Below are positions 29,314 through 40,200 of a stretch of DNA of 64,000 bases, one piece after another (the first letter of the stretch is position 1; every line of letters begins with the position of its first letter). The notes under the pieces were generated by a model that was given only the letters and a program-made list of their open reading frames with translations, made no database searches and had not been told where the DNA came from. This DNA is from an uncultured Candidatus Rokubacteria bacterium (lineage in GTDB: Bacteria > Methylomirabilota > Methylomirabilia > Rokubacteriales > DASRDR01). The stretch is from contig CAWDVE010000017.1 of assembly GCA_963805625.1 (NCBI GenBank), positions 480,001-544,000 on the forward strand, in the 5' to 3' direction. The translations under genes and the position numbers were made by a program.

Positions 29314-30081
29314 TCACCGCTCGACGTAGCCGGGTAGAATCCGGTGAGCGGGACCTAACCCCAGCGTGCCGGGCGTCCCATCGCGGAGAAGGATCTCCTC
29401 GCAGAGGGCGACGTCGCCATCGTGGGTCCACGGGCCGCGGCACGATTCCGCGTACCGGATCGCCTCGGCCTTCTTCCCCAGGGCGGCCAGCGCCTTCACA
29501 GCCCAGCGCCTGTAGGGCCAGATGGTGTCGGCTTGAAGGATGTCGACGATCTCCGCGTAACGCTCCGCACGGTAGAGCGCGCTGAGGCATGCGGACGTTC
29601 CGTGGAAGTGACCGCGCAGGTCTTTGTCCGGGCTGAGCGCCATGCGCGTGATACCAACCAGGCGGTCCGCCCACGTCGAGGCGACCTCGTTTGAGGCGCA
29701 GAGCTCGCCCCAATAGTCGGCGAGCCTCTCGACATACGGGATCTCGTCTGCCTCGTGCGCCGTCCACAGGCGCTCGAGCCAGGTCTCGCGCCTCTCGGGA
29801 TCGGCGGGCGCGCCTGCGATGATCGGAACGAGCGCGGTGATCGCGTTGTTGACCGCGGTTCCGATCGCGCCCGAGGAGCTGTCGACGTGCTCGAGCGCCG
29901 GCGAGAGGCGCTCGAGCAGGGTCACGGCGCCGTCGGCGGCGAGCGCCGGGTCGCCGCGCGCGACCCTCTTGATCTCGCTCACCGCCTGCTTCACGCGCTG
30001 GGTAGCGGGCTGCGACTTCCAACCAAAGGCGTGACGTCGGAAGCGCGCCTTGAACTCCCACTTGTGGCCGTCAGCCTTCAT
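29314..30081 (-). CDS. Conserved all-alpha hypothetical protein, probably 3' truncated
   Basis: Protein-like (RFRRHAFGWKS, EHVDSSSGAIG); composition breaks down after CEEILL. Confidence 0.65.
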   Translation of the reverse strand: MKADGHKWEFKARFRRHAFGWKSQPATQRVKQAVSEIKRVARGDPALAADGAVTLLERLSPALEHVDSSSGAIGTAVNNAITALVPIIAGAPADPERRETWLERLWTAHEADEIPYVERLADYWGELCASNEVASTWADRLVGITRMALSPDKDLRGHFHGTSACLSALYRAERYAEIVDILQADTIWPYRRWAVKALAALGKKAEAIRYAESCRGPWTHDGDVALCEEILLRDGTPGTLGLGPAHRILPGYVER

Positions 30082-30224
30082 CGTCGCGGGATGCATGATT
30101 TCTGCGAAAACCGCTCTTTTTGCCTGAAGCCTGAATCCGCGCTGGGAAGCGATCTCGCTCTGTTCAACGGGGACCGACCTTCCGACGGAGGCACATCGAT
30201 CGGAATCTTCGCATGGTGGTCGCG

Positions 30225-30354
30225 TCGAGGAGGCGCGCGGGCAATCGCACCTTCAAGACACGGGTGCCCCAATTGGCGAGGGAGAGGAATGCGTCAAAGC
30301 ACTTCTCCATCCAGGCGTTCTCATCGCCCTTGAAGTTACCCCAGGAGTAGTCGT
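30225..30354 (-). pseudogene. Internal fragment of a conserved hypothetical protein
   Basis: NDYSWGNFKGDENAWMEKCFDAFLSLANWGTRVLKVRLP; recalled as the 'MSEYQYYEF' family. Confidence 0.55.
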
Positions 30355-30366
30355 TGTTCCGGACGA

Positions 30367-31206
30367 TTACAGCCGGGGCGTGGGGGGTGTCAACCCCGGC
30401 CCGGCCCAGGCGGCCTCGAGGGCTTCGGTGCCACGCCCCAGCTTCGCGAGGAGGGCGCGCTTCAGCTCGGCGAGATCATGTCCCGCCATTGAGCTGTTGG
30501 GTGTCTTCGTCGCGAGCTCGATCCCGCGCTCTACCCACGACAGCGCGTGGTCGGCTCTGCGCCGAGTGACAAGCATGGTCGCGAGAGCGTGACAATCCGC
30601 CGCTGTGAGGCCCGTCTCTTCGGCGAGCTCCCGGTAGGCCTCGACGTTCTTCTGCGCCACGTAGAGCGTGCGGAGGATCTCGCCCCAGCGCCGGCGCGCG
30701 TAGTCGGGATTGTGCCTGAACGACTCGCCCGGAGCCGGCGTTGCGGTCGCGGCCGCGTCGAGGCGCTCCCGGATCACCTTCACGAACGCCGCAAGCCCGG
30801 CCGTGTCGAGCACCTTGGCCGCGTCCTTCTCGAGGTGCGCGCAAAAGCCGTAGGGGTCGTCTTTCATCCACCCGAGTAGGCGAGTCGCCGTCTCAACCGG
30901 ATCGGCGCCGGCCGCTTGCCGAGCCTTGATCCAGTCGCAGTAGAGCTCGGCGACGAACTGGCCGAAGCTTCCGCTCGAGTCGTCGATCTCCTCGGCCTTC
31001 TCGTGGCAGCCTGCGAGGAACGTCTCGTAGAGAGCCACGGCTTGAGCGGGAGCAGCCGGGATGAGCTTCGCGAGCTCGTGCTCGACGGTCCCGAGTTCGC
31101 CGACGAAGGACAAGTTGGCGTCGTAGGAGACGAAACGTCCTGGCGCGAGCGCCGTCTCGATCAGGCGCTCCATCTGGCTGGTTATGGCGCGAGGGGGCCT
31201 CTTCAT
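30367..31206 (-). pseudogene. DUF6880-like helical protein, 3' truncated
   Basis: EEIDDSSGSFG and DDPYG motifs; abruptly ends after EALEAAWA; start overlaps the upstream stop. Confidence 0.6.
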
Positions 31207-31625
31207 CGAAGGCCTCGCTTCGTCCTCAGGCGCGTCTTCGCCGTGGGCTGCTCCTCGTCTTGGACGGGAATTGCCTTGAAGCCCGAGTCGTCGCCTTGGT
31301 GAAAGTAGATGTGTCCGATCAGAGAGCCATCCTTCTGGAGATTCACCCAGCCTTGGCCCCCCGCGGGATCGCACTCGTCGTTGCCGTCCCAGGTGAAGTC
31401 GACGTGGGGCCGACCGTTCTGCTGCCCGTGCCGGCAGTCCATCCACCCATCGACGGCTATGAAGCGGAACTGGCCTTCCTCGCCCTTGAACTCGATGAAG
31501 GCGGGCCCGAGGAGATCAATCGCCTCCTGGTCCCAGAGGTCCATCTCCGTGATGCGCCACCTGCCGGAAATGTTGGTCTTTGCCGCGGAGGTGGCCTTGG
31601 CTCGACTCGGTAGCCGCGTCGTCAT
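31203..31625 (-). CDS. Conserved beta-rich hypothetical protein
   Basis: GRWRITEMDLWD...FTWDGNDECD...GHIYFHQGDDS. Confidence 0.75.
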   Translation of the reverse strand: MTTRLPSRAKATSAAKTNISGRWRITEMDLWDQEAIDLLGPAFIEFKGEEGQFRFIAVDGWMDCRHGQQNGRPHVDFTWDGNDECDPAGGQGWVNLQKDGSLIGHIYFHQGDDSGFKAIPVQDEEQPTAKTRLRTKRGLR

Positions 31626-31709
31626 GCGACCTCTGACTCGCTTGCCGTCGTCCATTCGTCGGCGATCTGCGTCGGCACCACCACCAGGCGTGCTCCCTGT
31701 CCTCTTCCG

Positions 31710-31946
31710 TCACGCGGCGGCCTCGTACTCGCGAACCGCGAGCTCGACTCCGGCCGCCCGGAGTTCCTCGGTAATCGACTCGACGCGCTCGGCTGTGTCC
31801 TCGGTGAGGTAACCCTCCCCACAGTTGACGCAGCGTTCGGCGGGGACGGAGCGAATCACCGCCACGGCGCCATTCCCGCCCAGCTCCAGCATGACGGTCA
31901 TCGTTCCTGGCCGAGTCTCCCCGCTGCGGCAGATGACGCACTTCAT
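31710..31946 (-). CDS. YgiT/MqsA-type zinc-finger protein (putative antitoxin)
   Basis: MKCVIC..G...VPAERCVNCGE; ATGA overlap with the upstream gene. Confidence 0.85.
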   Translation of the reverse strand: MKCVICRSGETRPGTMTVMLELGGNGAVAVIRSVPAERCVNCGEGYLTEDTAERVESITEELRAAGVELAVREYEAAA

Positions 31947-32224
31947 CTGACTGGCCTCCTGCGTTGGAACCCCGGTTCCCACTGCTCCGGGTCCGGCTCG
32001 TACACCGTGACGACGATCGTGTGACCCTCCACAGGCTCATCGGCGACCACGAGATGAATCGGCCGATTGCTGACCCACCCAAGGATGAGCCGGCTCGGGT
32101 AGGGCACGTCCTCGGGGTAGTCCTCCACCAGTACGGGTGCGCGCAGGGCCTCCCGAACCTCCCGAACCAAGATTCGGCGCAGGCGCATGCGCCTGAGGGC
32201 ATGAGTCGTGAAGATCAGGGCCAT
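31943..32224 (-). CDS. DUF4258 protein (putative toxin)
   Basis: FTTHALRRMRLRRI, EDYPED.PYPS.LILG, PIHLVVA and VTVYEPD...W. Confidence 0.85.
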   Translation of the reverse strand: MALIFTTHALRRMRLRRILVREVREALRAPVLVEDYPEDVPYPSRLILGWVSNRPIHLVVADEPVEGHTIVVTVYEPDPEQWEPGFQRRRPVR

Positions 32225-32369
32225 GGCCTGAGCTGAGCCAGTGTACTACGTCATCGCCGGTCGGGACTCCGCCTTCGAGATGGCCCAGCGCCGACCGGGG
32301 ATCGGTGAGGGGCCTGCGGTCGAAGCCGGTGAGCTGGCGCGCGGCGACGCAGCGTACTCCATCCACCGA

Positions 32370-32442
32370 AGAGCGGGCAGACATCCAGCAGGCCCTAAAG
32401 TATGCGGCCTGGTTGACGCGCGCGGAAGTCCGCACGAGTTAG
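32370..32442 (+). pseudogene. DUF433 antitoxin C-terminal fragment
   Basis: ADIQQALKYAAWLT directly upstream of a DUF5615 gene. Confidence 0.6.
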
Positions 32443-32451
32443 GCGAGACGC

Positions 32452-32829
32452 GTGCGATTCCTCGCCGACATGGGCGTGGACGTGCGAGTCGTCGAGTGGC
32501 TACGCCGCCTCGGGCACGAGGCGGTGCATCTTCGTGAGCAGGGACTGCACCGAGCTCCCAAGGAGTAGGTCTTCATGAAAGCCTTGGCCGAGGATCGGAT
32601 CGTCCTCACGCTCGATCTCGACTTCGGCGACCTCGCGGTGCTCACGCGTGAACCCGCTGCCAGGGTGATCCTCTTCCGCCTTGAGAACACCCGGACGATA
32701 CATGTGATCGAGCGGCTCGAGACCGTGCTGGCCGGATCCTCGGACGCACTGGCGCGCGGCGCGGTCGTGATCGTGGAGGAGGGGCGGCAGCGGATCCGTT
32801 ATCTCCCCATCGGTGAGACCGGAACGTAG
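32452..32829 (+). pseudogene. DUF5615 PIN-like toxin with in-frame TAG
   Basis: VRFLADM...GHEAVH, TAG at 32566-32568, then RIVLTLDLDFG...RIRYLPI in the same frame. Confidence 0.8.
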
Positions 32830-32909
32830 CGACAGGGGGAGGATGCACCGCGGGCGTCGCCGGTTCCGCACCCCCTTCGGGCGCTGGAGTCAGGGAATCT
32901 TGCCTGAAT

Positions 32910-33034
32910 TGTCCGTGTTCTGTCCGTGAATGCCTGCCAACCAGCCCAACCCGGCCCAACCGGGCGCGCTACAATCTCCAATTTCCTTTGGGGCCAGTTG
33001 GGAGGGTTTGGTGCCCGTCGCACCCGCCGTTGCT
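32910..33034 (+). repeat. att-arm-like segment, copy 2, abutting the tRNA fragment
   Basis: Same TGTCCGTG direct repeats and body as 24338-24466. Confidence 0.75.
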
Positions 33035-33079
33035 CTCATAACCCAAAGGTCGCTGGTTCAAATCCAGCCCCCGTAACCA
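33035..33079 (+). tRNA. 3' half of initiator tRNA-fMet (CAT); att scar, not a full tRNA
   Basis: CTCATAA anticodon loop, CCCAAAGGTC, T-arm GCTGGTTCAAATCCAGC and CCCCGTAACCA; no D-arm or 5' acceptor strand upstream. Confidence 0.85.
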
Positions 33080-33084
33080 GGAAG

Positions 33085-33125
33085 CTCAACGGGTTACGGC
33101 ACGCGCCGTAGCCCGTTGGGTTTTT
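33085..33125 (+). terminator. Intrinsic terminator after the tRNA fragment
   Basis: CTCAACGGGTTACGGC-ACGC-GCCGTAGCCCGTTGGG stem followed by T5. Confidence 0.8.
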
Positions 33126-33651
33126 CGAGCAACGGTCGCCTCGAAATCGCGGCAGAAAACCTGGTCGTCCGCAGACACGCCAGCCAGCCCTGCGCTGACA
33201 GTTCGCTTCGGGCATGGCCCGACGCGAGATGGCCCCGTGCTCCGTCCCCGACCTGCCACCGGGTGAGAGGGCCGGGCTAGCGTTCGGCCAGCAGCATCGG
33301 GGAGCCTGGGTGACGCCGTGCTGGCTCGATGGCGTCCACCATACCCGCGAAGCCAGGCGGCGTCCGGAGTCGCGCGCCTCGATCACGGCGCGGTGGCGGC
33401 TTGGGTGCAACCAGTCTCCGGTCGAGGCCTCACGGCCCGTACTGCTGCGATGGTCGCCAAGTCCAACCCCGTGTCCTCCCGGGTCTCCCGGAAGGCCGTC
33501 ACGTCTGATCGATCCCGTGTGTTCCGCCGCTCGCTCACCGAGACAGGCAGCGGCAGCGCCGGTGCGGCATTTCCACTTGGTCTGCGTGGCGCGATTTGTG
33601 CTTGCCGGCCGGGGCACCACGAAGTAGCGTCGAGGGCGGCACTGACACCCG

Positions 33652-34113
33652 ATGGCAGGCAAGCGAGGGAATGCCACGAAGGCCCCGGCCAAGCCCCGCC
33701 CGGGGCAGCTGCTCGGCCGACTACAGGCTGGGGAGGCGGCCCAAGTCCTGCGGGCCCTTCTCGCACGGCATCCCCGGATGGCGGCGGAGGCCGAGCGACT
33801 CGCGAAGTCGGTGGTAACGGACGTTGCCGCGTACGAGCATGTGGCCGTGGAGATCCCGCCGGGCAGACCTCAGATCAGATACTTCGAGCCGGGCGACCAG
33901 TGGACGCCGCGCGGCGATGTCCTCCGATGCGAGATCGACGACGGCGGTCCCGGTGGCGAGCCGATCATCCACGTTGACGACCGCGAGCTGTCCTGGCGCG
34001 AGTTCGGCCGCCTTTTGACGACGCATGCCGGCTGGGGTATGCGGATCGTGTTCGTTCCGGACGACGAACTGGATGAGGAGCCGCGCATCGAGATTCGCGA
34101 GGCAGAGGAGTAG
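33652..34113 (+). CDS. Hypothetical protein, likely an in-frame fusion of two genes
   Basis: Helical N-half followed by WTPRGDVLRC...VDDRELSWREFGRLL..HAGW domain. Confidence 0.6.
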   Translation: MAGKRGNATKAPAKPRPGQLLGRLQAGEAAQVLRALLARHPRMAAEAERLAKSVVTDVAAYEHVAVEIPPGRPQIRYFEPGDQWTPRGDVLRCEIDDGGPGGEPIIHVDDRELSWREFGRLLTTHAGWGMRIVFVPDDELDEEPRIEIREAEE

Positions 34114-34149
34114 ACTCCCTGATGGCCAGCGACGAAGCACGGAGGCATC

Positions 34150-36663
<2,514 letters not shown>

Positions 36664-36808
36664 TAGACAACCTGGCCGAGGGTGTCAGCGCGCAGGAGCT
36701 CCTCGACGCGTACCCGCAGCTGACGGCGGACGACATCCGGGCCGCCATCGCGTATGGTGCCGAGATGGCCCGCGAGCGCTTCGTCGACATTCCCACAGAA
36801 CGGCCGGC

Positions 36809-37180
36809 ATGAGGCTGAAGCTGGACGAGAACCTCGGCTGGAGGATCGCTGAGGGCCTTCGCGACGCGGGGCACGACGTAGCCACGGTCCGGGATGAGGA
36901 ACTCGGCGGGGCGGACGACGACGCTCTCTTCGCCCGCTGCCGGCAGGAAGGCCCCTGCCTCGTGACGCTGGATCTCGATTTCAGCAACGTCCTGCGGTTT
37001 CCGCCCGAGCAGACCGAGGGCCTGGCCGTCCTGCGTCCCGCCAGAAGGCCCACGCTGGCCGCGCTCGGGCGCCTGGCCGGACAGCTGGTCGAGGCGCTCT
37101 CCCGCGAGTCCGTCGCGGGCCGCCTGTGGATCATCGAGCCCGGGCGAATCCGGATCCACGAGTCACCGGAGAGGGAGTGA
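36809..37180 (+). CDS. DUF5615 PIN-like toxin, intact
   Basis: MRLKLDENL, GHDVATV and LVTLDLDF; ATGA overlap with DUF433. Confidence 0.88.
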   Translation: MRLKLDENLGWRIAEGLRDAGHDVATVRDEELGGADDDALFARCRQEGPCLVTLDLDFSNVLRFPPEQTEGLAVLRPARRPTLAALGRLAGQLVEALSRESVAGRLWIIEPGRIRIHESPERE

Positions 37181-37265
37181 GGATGCGGACGTCCCCTCGG
37201 GGACGAGTTCGGCCTCGGGACAGTGCAGGCATCATCCTCGTCGTGCGGAGGGCCCTTCGCTGACG

Positions 37266-37760
37266 ATGGAGCCGTGCGGAGTGCCGCTGGACTGGGACGA
37301 GCTGGAGCTGGGGCTCGAGATGCGCTCGGATGAGTGGGCTTCCTACCTCGACGTGCGGACGGGCGAGATCTGCGTCTCTCGCATCGATCCATTCGGCGGT
37401 GAGCGCGAGGACCACGAGCTGACGGACGAGGAGGTCGAGGCCGGCCTCGCCAACGGCACCCTCATCGCCGTCGAGCCGCTCGAGTCCTCGGTCGAGTACG
37501 CCTGGATGGCCGCCTTCGCCGACGCCGTGCCCGACGCCCGCGTGCGGCGGGCCCTCCAGCAGGTGCTCGGCGGCGGCCGGCCCTTCCGACGCTTCAAGGA
37601 CGCGCTGGCCGCCCATCCCCGCGAGCGCGAGGAGTGGTTCGCCTTCCGCGGGGAGCGCCTGTGGGACACCGTCCGGAAGTGGCTCGCCGACCACAACATC
37701 GAGCCGACGACCAAGCCGCCGGCGCGGTCCGGCCAAGCCGCCCCGAGGGGCACGCCATGA
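37266..37760 (+). CDS. UPF0158-family protein
   Basis: YLDVRTGEI, YAWMAAFA and GGRPFRRFKDAL...REEW. Confidence 0.85.
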   Translation: MEPCGVPLDWDELELGLEMRSDEWASYLDVRTGEICVSRIDPFGGEREDHELTDEEVEAGLANGTLIAVEPLESSVEYAWMAAFADAVPDARVRRALQQVLGGGRPFRRFKDALAAHPREREEWFAFRGERLWDTVRKWLADHNIEPTTKPPARSGQAAPRGTP

Positions 37761-38425
37761 GCACGGTCGCGACCATCCGGTCCTATCAGGAGCTCCGAAA
37801 GGCTGGCCGGGTGTCTCACGGGAAGGTCCTCAAGGTGATTCCGAGGCCCATCATCGTGTCGACCGCCACGGAGCTGGGCCTGTGGAGGAAGGGGATTCTG
37901 CTCGCCGGCGAGGACGGCGCGGACGTGCTGGCGGATCGCATGATCTACGACAAGCGATGGGTGGGGAAGAGTGCCCTCGAGCACTTCGAGAAAGAGGTGG
38001 CGGAGTCGGCCTGGACCGAGAACGAGCGCCGGTTCGCCCGCGCGATGAGGACAGCCTACATGTCGCTGTTTGAGATTGTCGATACCTGCCCCGGAAGCCA
38101 TGTTGTACTCGTCGAGTGTCTCGCCGGACCGCGCTCGGGCGACTTGGGTCCCAGGATCGAGCTGGTCGACCTCGGTCTCTCCGAGACGGCACTTCCGGGC
38201 GCGCTCCTCGCCGTTCGCCTACTGGACGCTGGGGGGTTCTTCATGAGCACCGGCGTCGGCTTCCCGTTCCCGGCGGACAGGGAGGCGGCGATTCTGAAGT
38301 ATCTGGGCGATAGAGAACCCGGCTTCCGCAAGAGGCGCCTCGACATGCCGGAGGACTATAGCCTCTTCTTCCACCGCCTGCACCGCCGGTTCGGCATCGG
38401 CGTGACGTACGGCCCCGAGGCGTGA
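37757..38425 (+). CDS. Hypothetical protein
   Basis: ATGA-coupled to UPF0158; protein-like (SLFEIV, VDLGLSET). Confidence 0.7.
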   Translation: MSTVATIRSYQELRKAGRVSHGKVLKVIPRPIIVSTATELGLWRKGILLAGEDGADVLADRMIYDKRWVGKSALEHFEKEVAESAWTENERRFARAMRTAYMSLFEIVDTCPGSHVVLVECLAGPRSGDLGPRIELVDLGLSETALPGALLAVRLLDAGGFFMSTGVGFPFPADREAAILKYLGDREPGFRKRRLDMPEDYSLFFHRLHRRFGIGVTYGPEA

Positions 38426-38504
38426 CCGCCGAGTCGGCCGCAGCCGCCGCGAGAGGAGCCCTGTGTGTGGCACGGCTCGTAGGTGTCCAGCAGCCCGGCC
38501 CTCC

Positions 38505-38865
38505 TCAGAGGCGCGACCGCTAGTAGCCTGGCCGCCGATGCAGATGGGCGACCGCGACGACGAGAATGCGTGACGGCTCGATGCGGTAGAGCAGACTGTA
38601 GGGGAAGCCTCGGACGAGGATTCGCCTGAGTCGATGGCCGAACGGGCGACCGCTGTCCGGGAACTCGAGGATCCGTTGGTAGGCTCGCCGGACCGCGAGG
38701 ATGAAGTCCAGGCCCAGATTCGCGATGTGGCTCTCGCAGTGCTGCGAGGTCCGAAATGAGCTCGACTTCCGCTTCGGGATGGAACTCGACGCTTCTCACC
38801 GAAGCGTCGAACGGGCCTTCTCGAGCACCTGCTTCGCGGGGATGCCGGCGACCTTGCCGGACTCG
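38505..38865 (-). pseudogene. Addiction-module antitoxin tail plus ParE/RelE toxin pseudogene
   Basis: ESGKVAGIPAKQVLEKARSTLR* overlaps VRSVEFHPEAEVEL; frameshift, then FPYSLLYR...VAVAHLHRRPGY* (TGG to TAG). Confidence 0.75.
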
Positions 38866-38869
38866 GCAC

Positions 38870-38982
38870 CCTGCCGAACGCCTCGCTCCATTCCACGCAC
38901 GTGGCGTAAAAGTGCGGATGCGAGATCGCGATGGTCCGAAGCCCGCCACGCTCGCGGACGGCCGCGACGGTGGCTGCGTCGC
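38870..38982 (-). pseudogene. Metallo-beta-lactamase-fold protein internal fragment
   Basis: GGLRTIAISHPHFYATCVEWSEAF. Confidence 0.6.
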
Positions 38983-39545
38983 GAAGAGCCGGATCGTGGA
39001 CCTGACGCAGGGGGAGGCGTTCGGATTCTTGGGCTTTCTCTTTCGCCGGCTCCGCTCGCCGCGGGGTCGGTGGTGGGTACAGAAGACGCCGGCCATCAAG
39101 CAGCGGACGGCGTTGCTGCGCAAGCTCAAGGACGTGTTCCGGCGCTGGCGCTCTCAGCCGGTCGGGCAGGTGATCGCGGTGATCAACCCGATCCTGCGGG
39201 ACTGGGTGAACTACTTCCGGGTTGGGAACGCGGCACGGTGTTTTGGGTTCGTGAAGGAGTGGGTCGAGAAGAAGGTGCGGCGCCATTTGATGCGGGCGAG
39301 GGGCCGTCGGGGCTTCGGCTGGAAGCGGTGGAGTACGGCGAGGATCTATACGGGGCTCGGGGTCTTCCACGACTACCGGGTGCGGTATCAAGTCCGGGCC
39401 TGAAAGCGCGCCCAGCGTGATAGGTCGCATAACCCTTGGCATGAAGCCGGCGGGAGAGCGGCGTACGGGAAACCCGTGCGCGCCGTTCGATCGGGCGGGG
39501 GCTGGAGACGGGCGCATCGCGTACCGCGCCAGCCCTCGACCCTAC
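38983..39545 (+). mobile_element. 5'-truncated group II intron (RT7 + thumb/X domain, DV, DVI)
   Basis: FGFLGFLF and INPILRDWVNYF to stop at 39403; DV GAGCGGCGTACGGGAAACCCGTGCGCGCCGTTC at 39456-39488; DVI ending CCCTAC at 39545. Confidence 0.9.
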
Positions 39546-39635
39546 AACTAGCATGGAGAAGCCGGTGTCGCCCGGCACGCCCCCGGCGCTCCGCGCGCCG
39601 CAGGGCAGCGAGGCCGTGGTGGACCTGCCCCCCTC

Positions 39636-40004
39636 TTGAGGGCACGGTTCGGCGAGGTCTCTCCCGCACTGTCCGTCCCACGCTCCGCGCGCTACACCCT
39701 CACCTGTCGCGTCGAGAACACCGGCCACGCGCGGTGGCCGAGATCCTCGCCGGACGGATTCGGGCTGGTTCGCCTCGGCGCGCACCTCCACGCCGGTGAC
39801 GGCGCCCCGGACATCCTCGACTACGGCCGGGCGGATCTCCCTCGGGATGTGGAGCCCGGCGCCGCCGAGGTCTTGAGTATCGAGCTCGAGGCCCCCGGCA
39901 GGCCGGGCCGCTATCGCGTGACGCTCGACATGGTCCGCGAGGGGGTGACCTGGTTCTCGAGGCGTGTGCCGTGCAGCGTCGAGGTCGGGCTGACGGTCAT
40001 CTGA
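39636..40004 (+). pseudogene. C-terminal Ig-like domain fragment
   Basis: VENTG...VRLGAH...DYGRADLPRDVEPG...PGRYRVTLDMVREGVTWF; no convincing start. Confidence 0.5.
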
Positions 40005-40200
40005 CGGCGCGCGGGAGCCGACCCGGGCCGCTTCGATCCCGGGTACTATGGGGTGATCTCGGCGCGGGCGGAACGGGCTCCGGGCGCGGCGGAGCGTGCG
40101 CCACGGTCGGAATCGACCCCCAGCGGCCGAGATGGGGCATCGGGGAAGGGAGACGGGGATGGATGACGGCACGCCGGAGTCGAGGGAGGCACGCAGATCG

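Noticed and set aside
32566-32568. In-frame TAG in DUF5615 as pyrrolysine or readthrough
   Set aside because: The partner antitoxin is also broken and no pyl genes are seen; a GAG-to-TAG nonsense mutation is simpler.
33035-33079. Functional tRNA-Met gene
   Set aside because: The 5' acceptor strand, D-arm and 5' anticodon stem are missing.
38983-39403. RT fragment plus paralogous repeats as a diversity-generating retroelement or retron
   Set aside because: The RT is followed by group II DV/DVI, and differences between repeat pairs in the window are not adenine-specific by eye.
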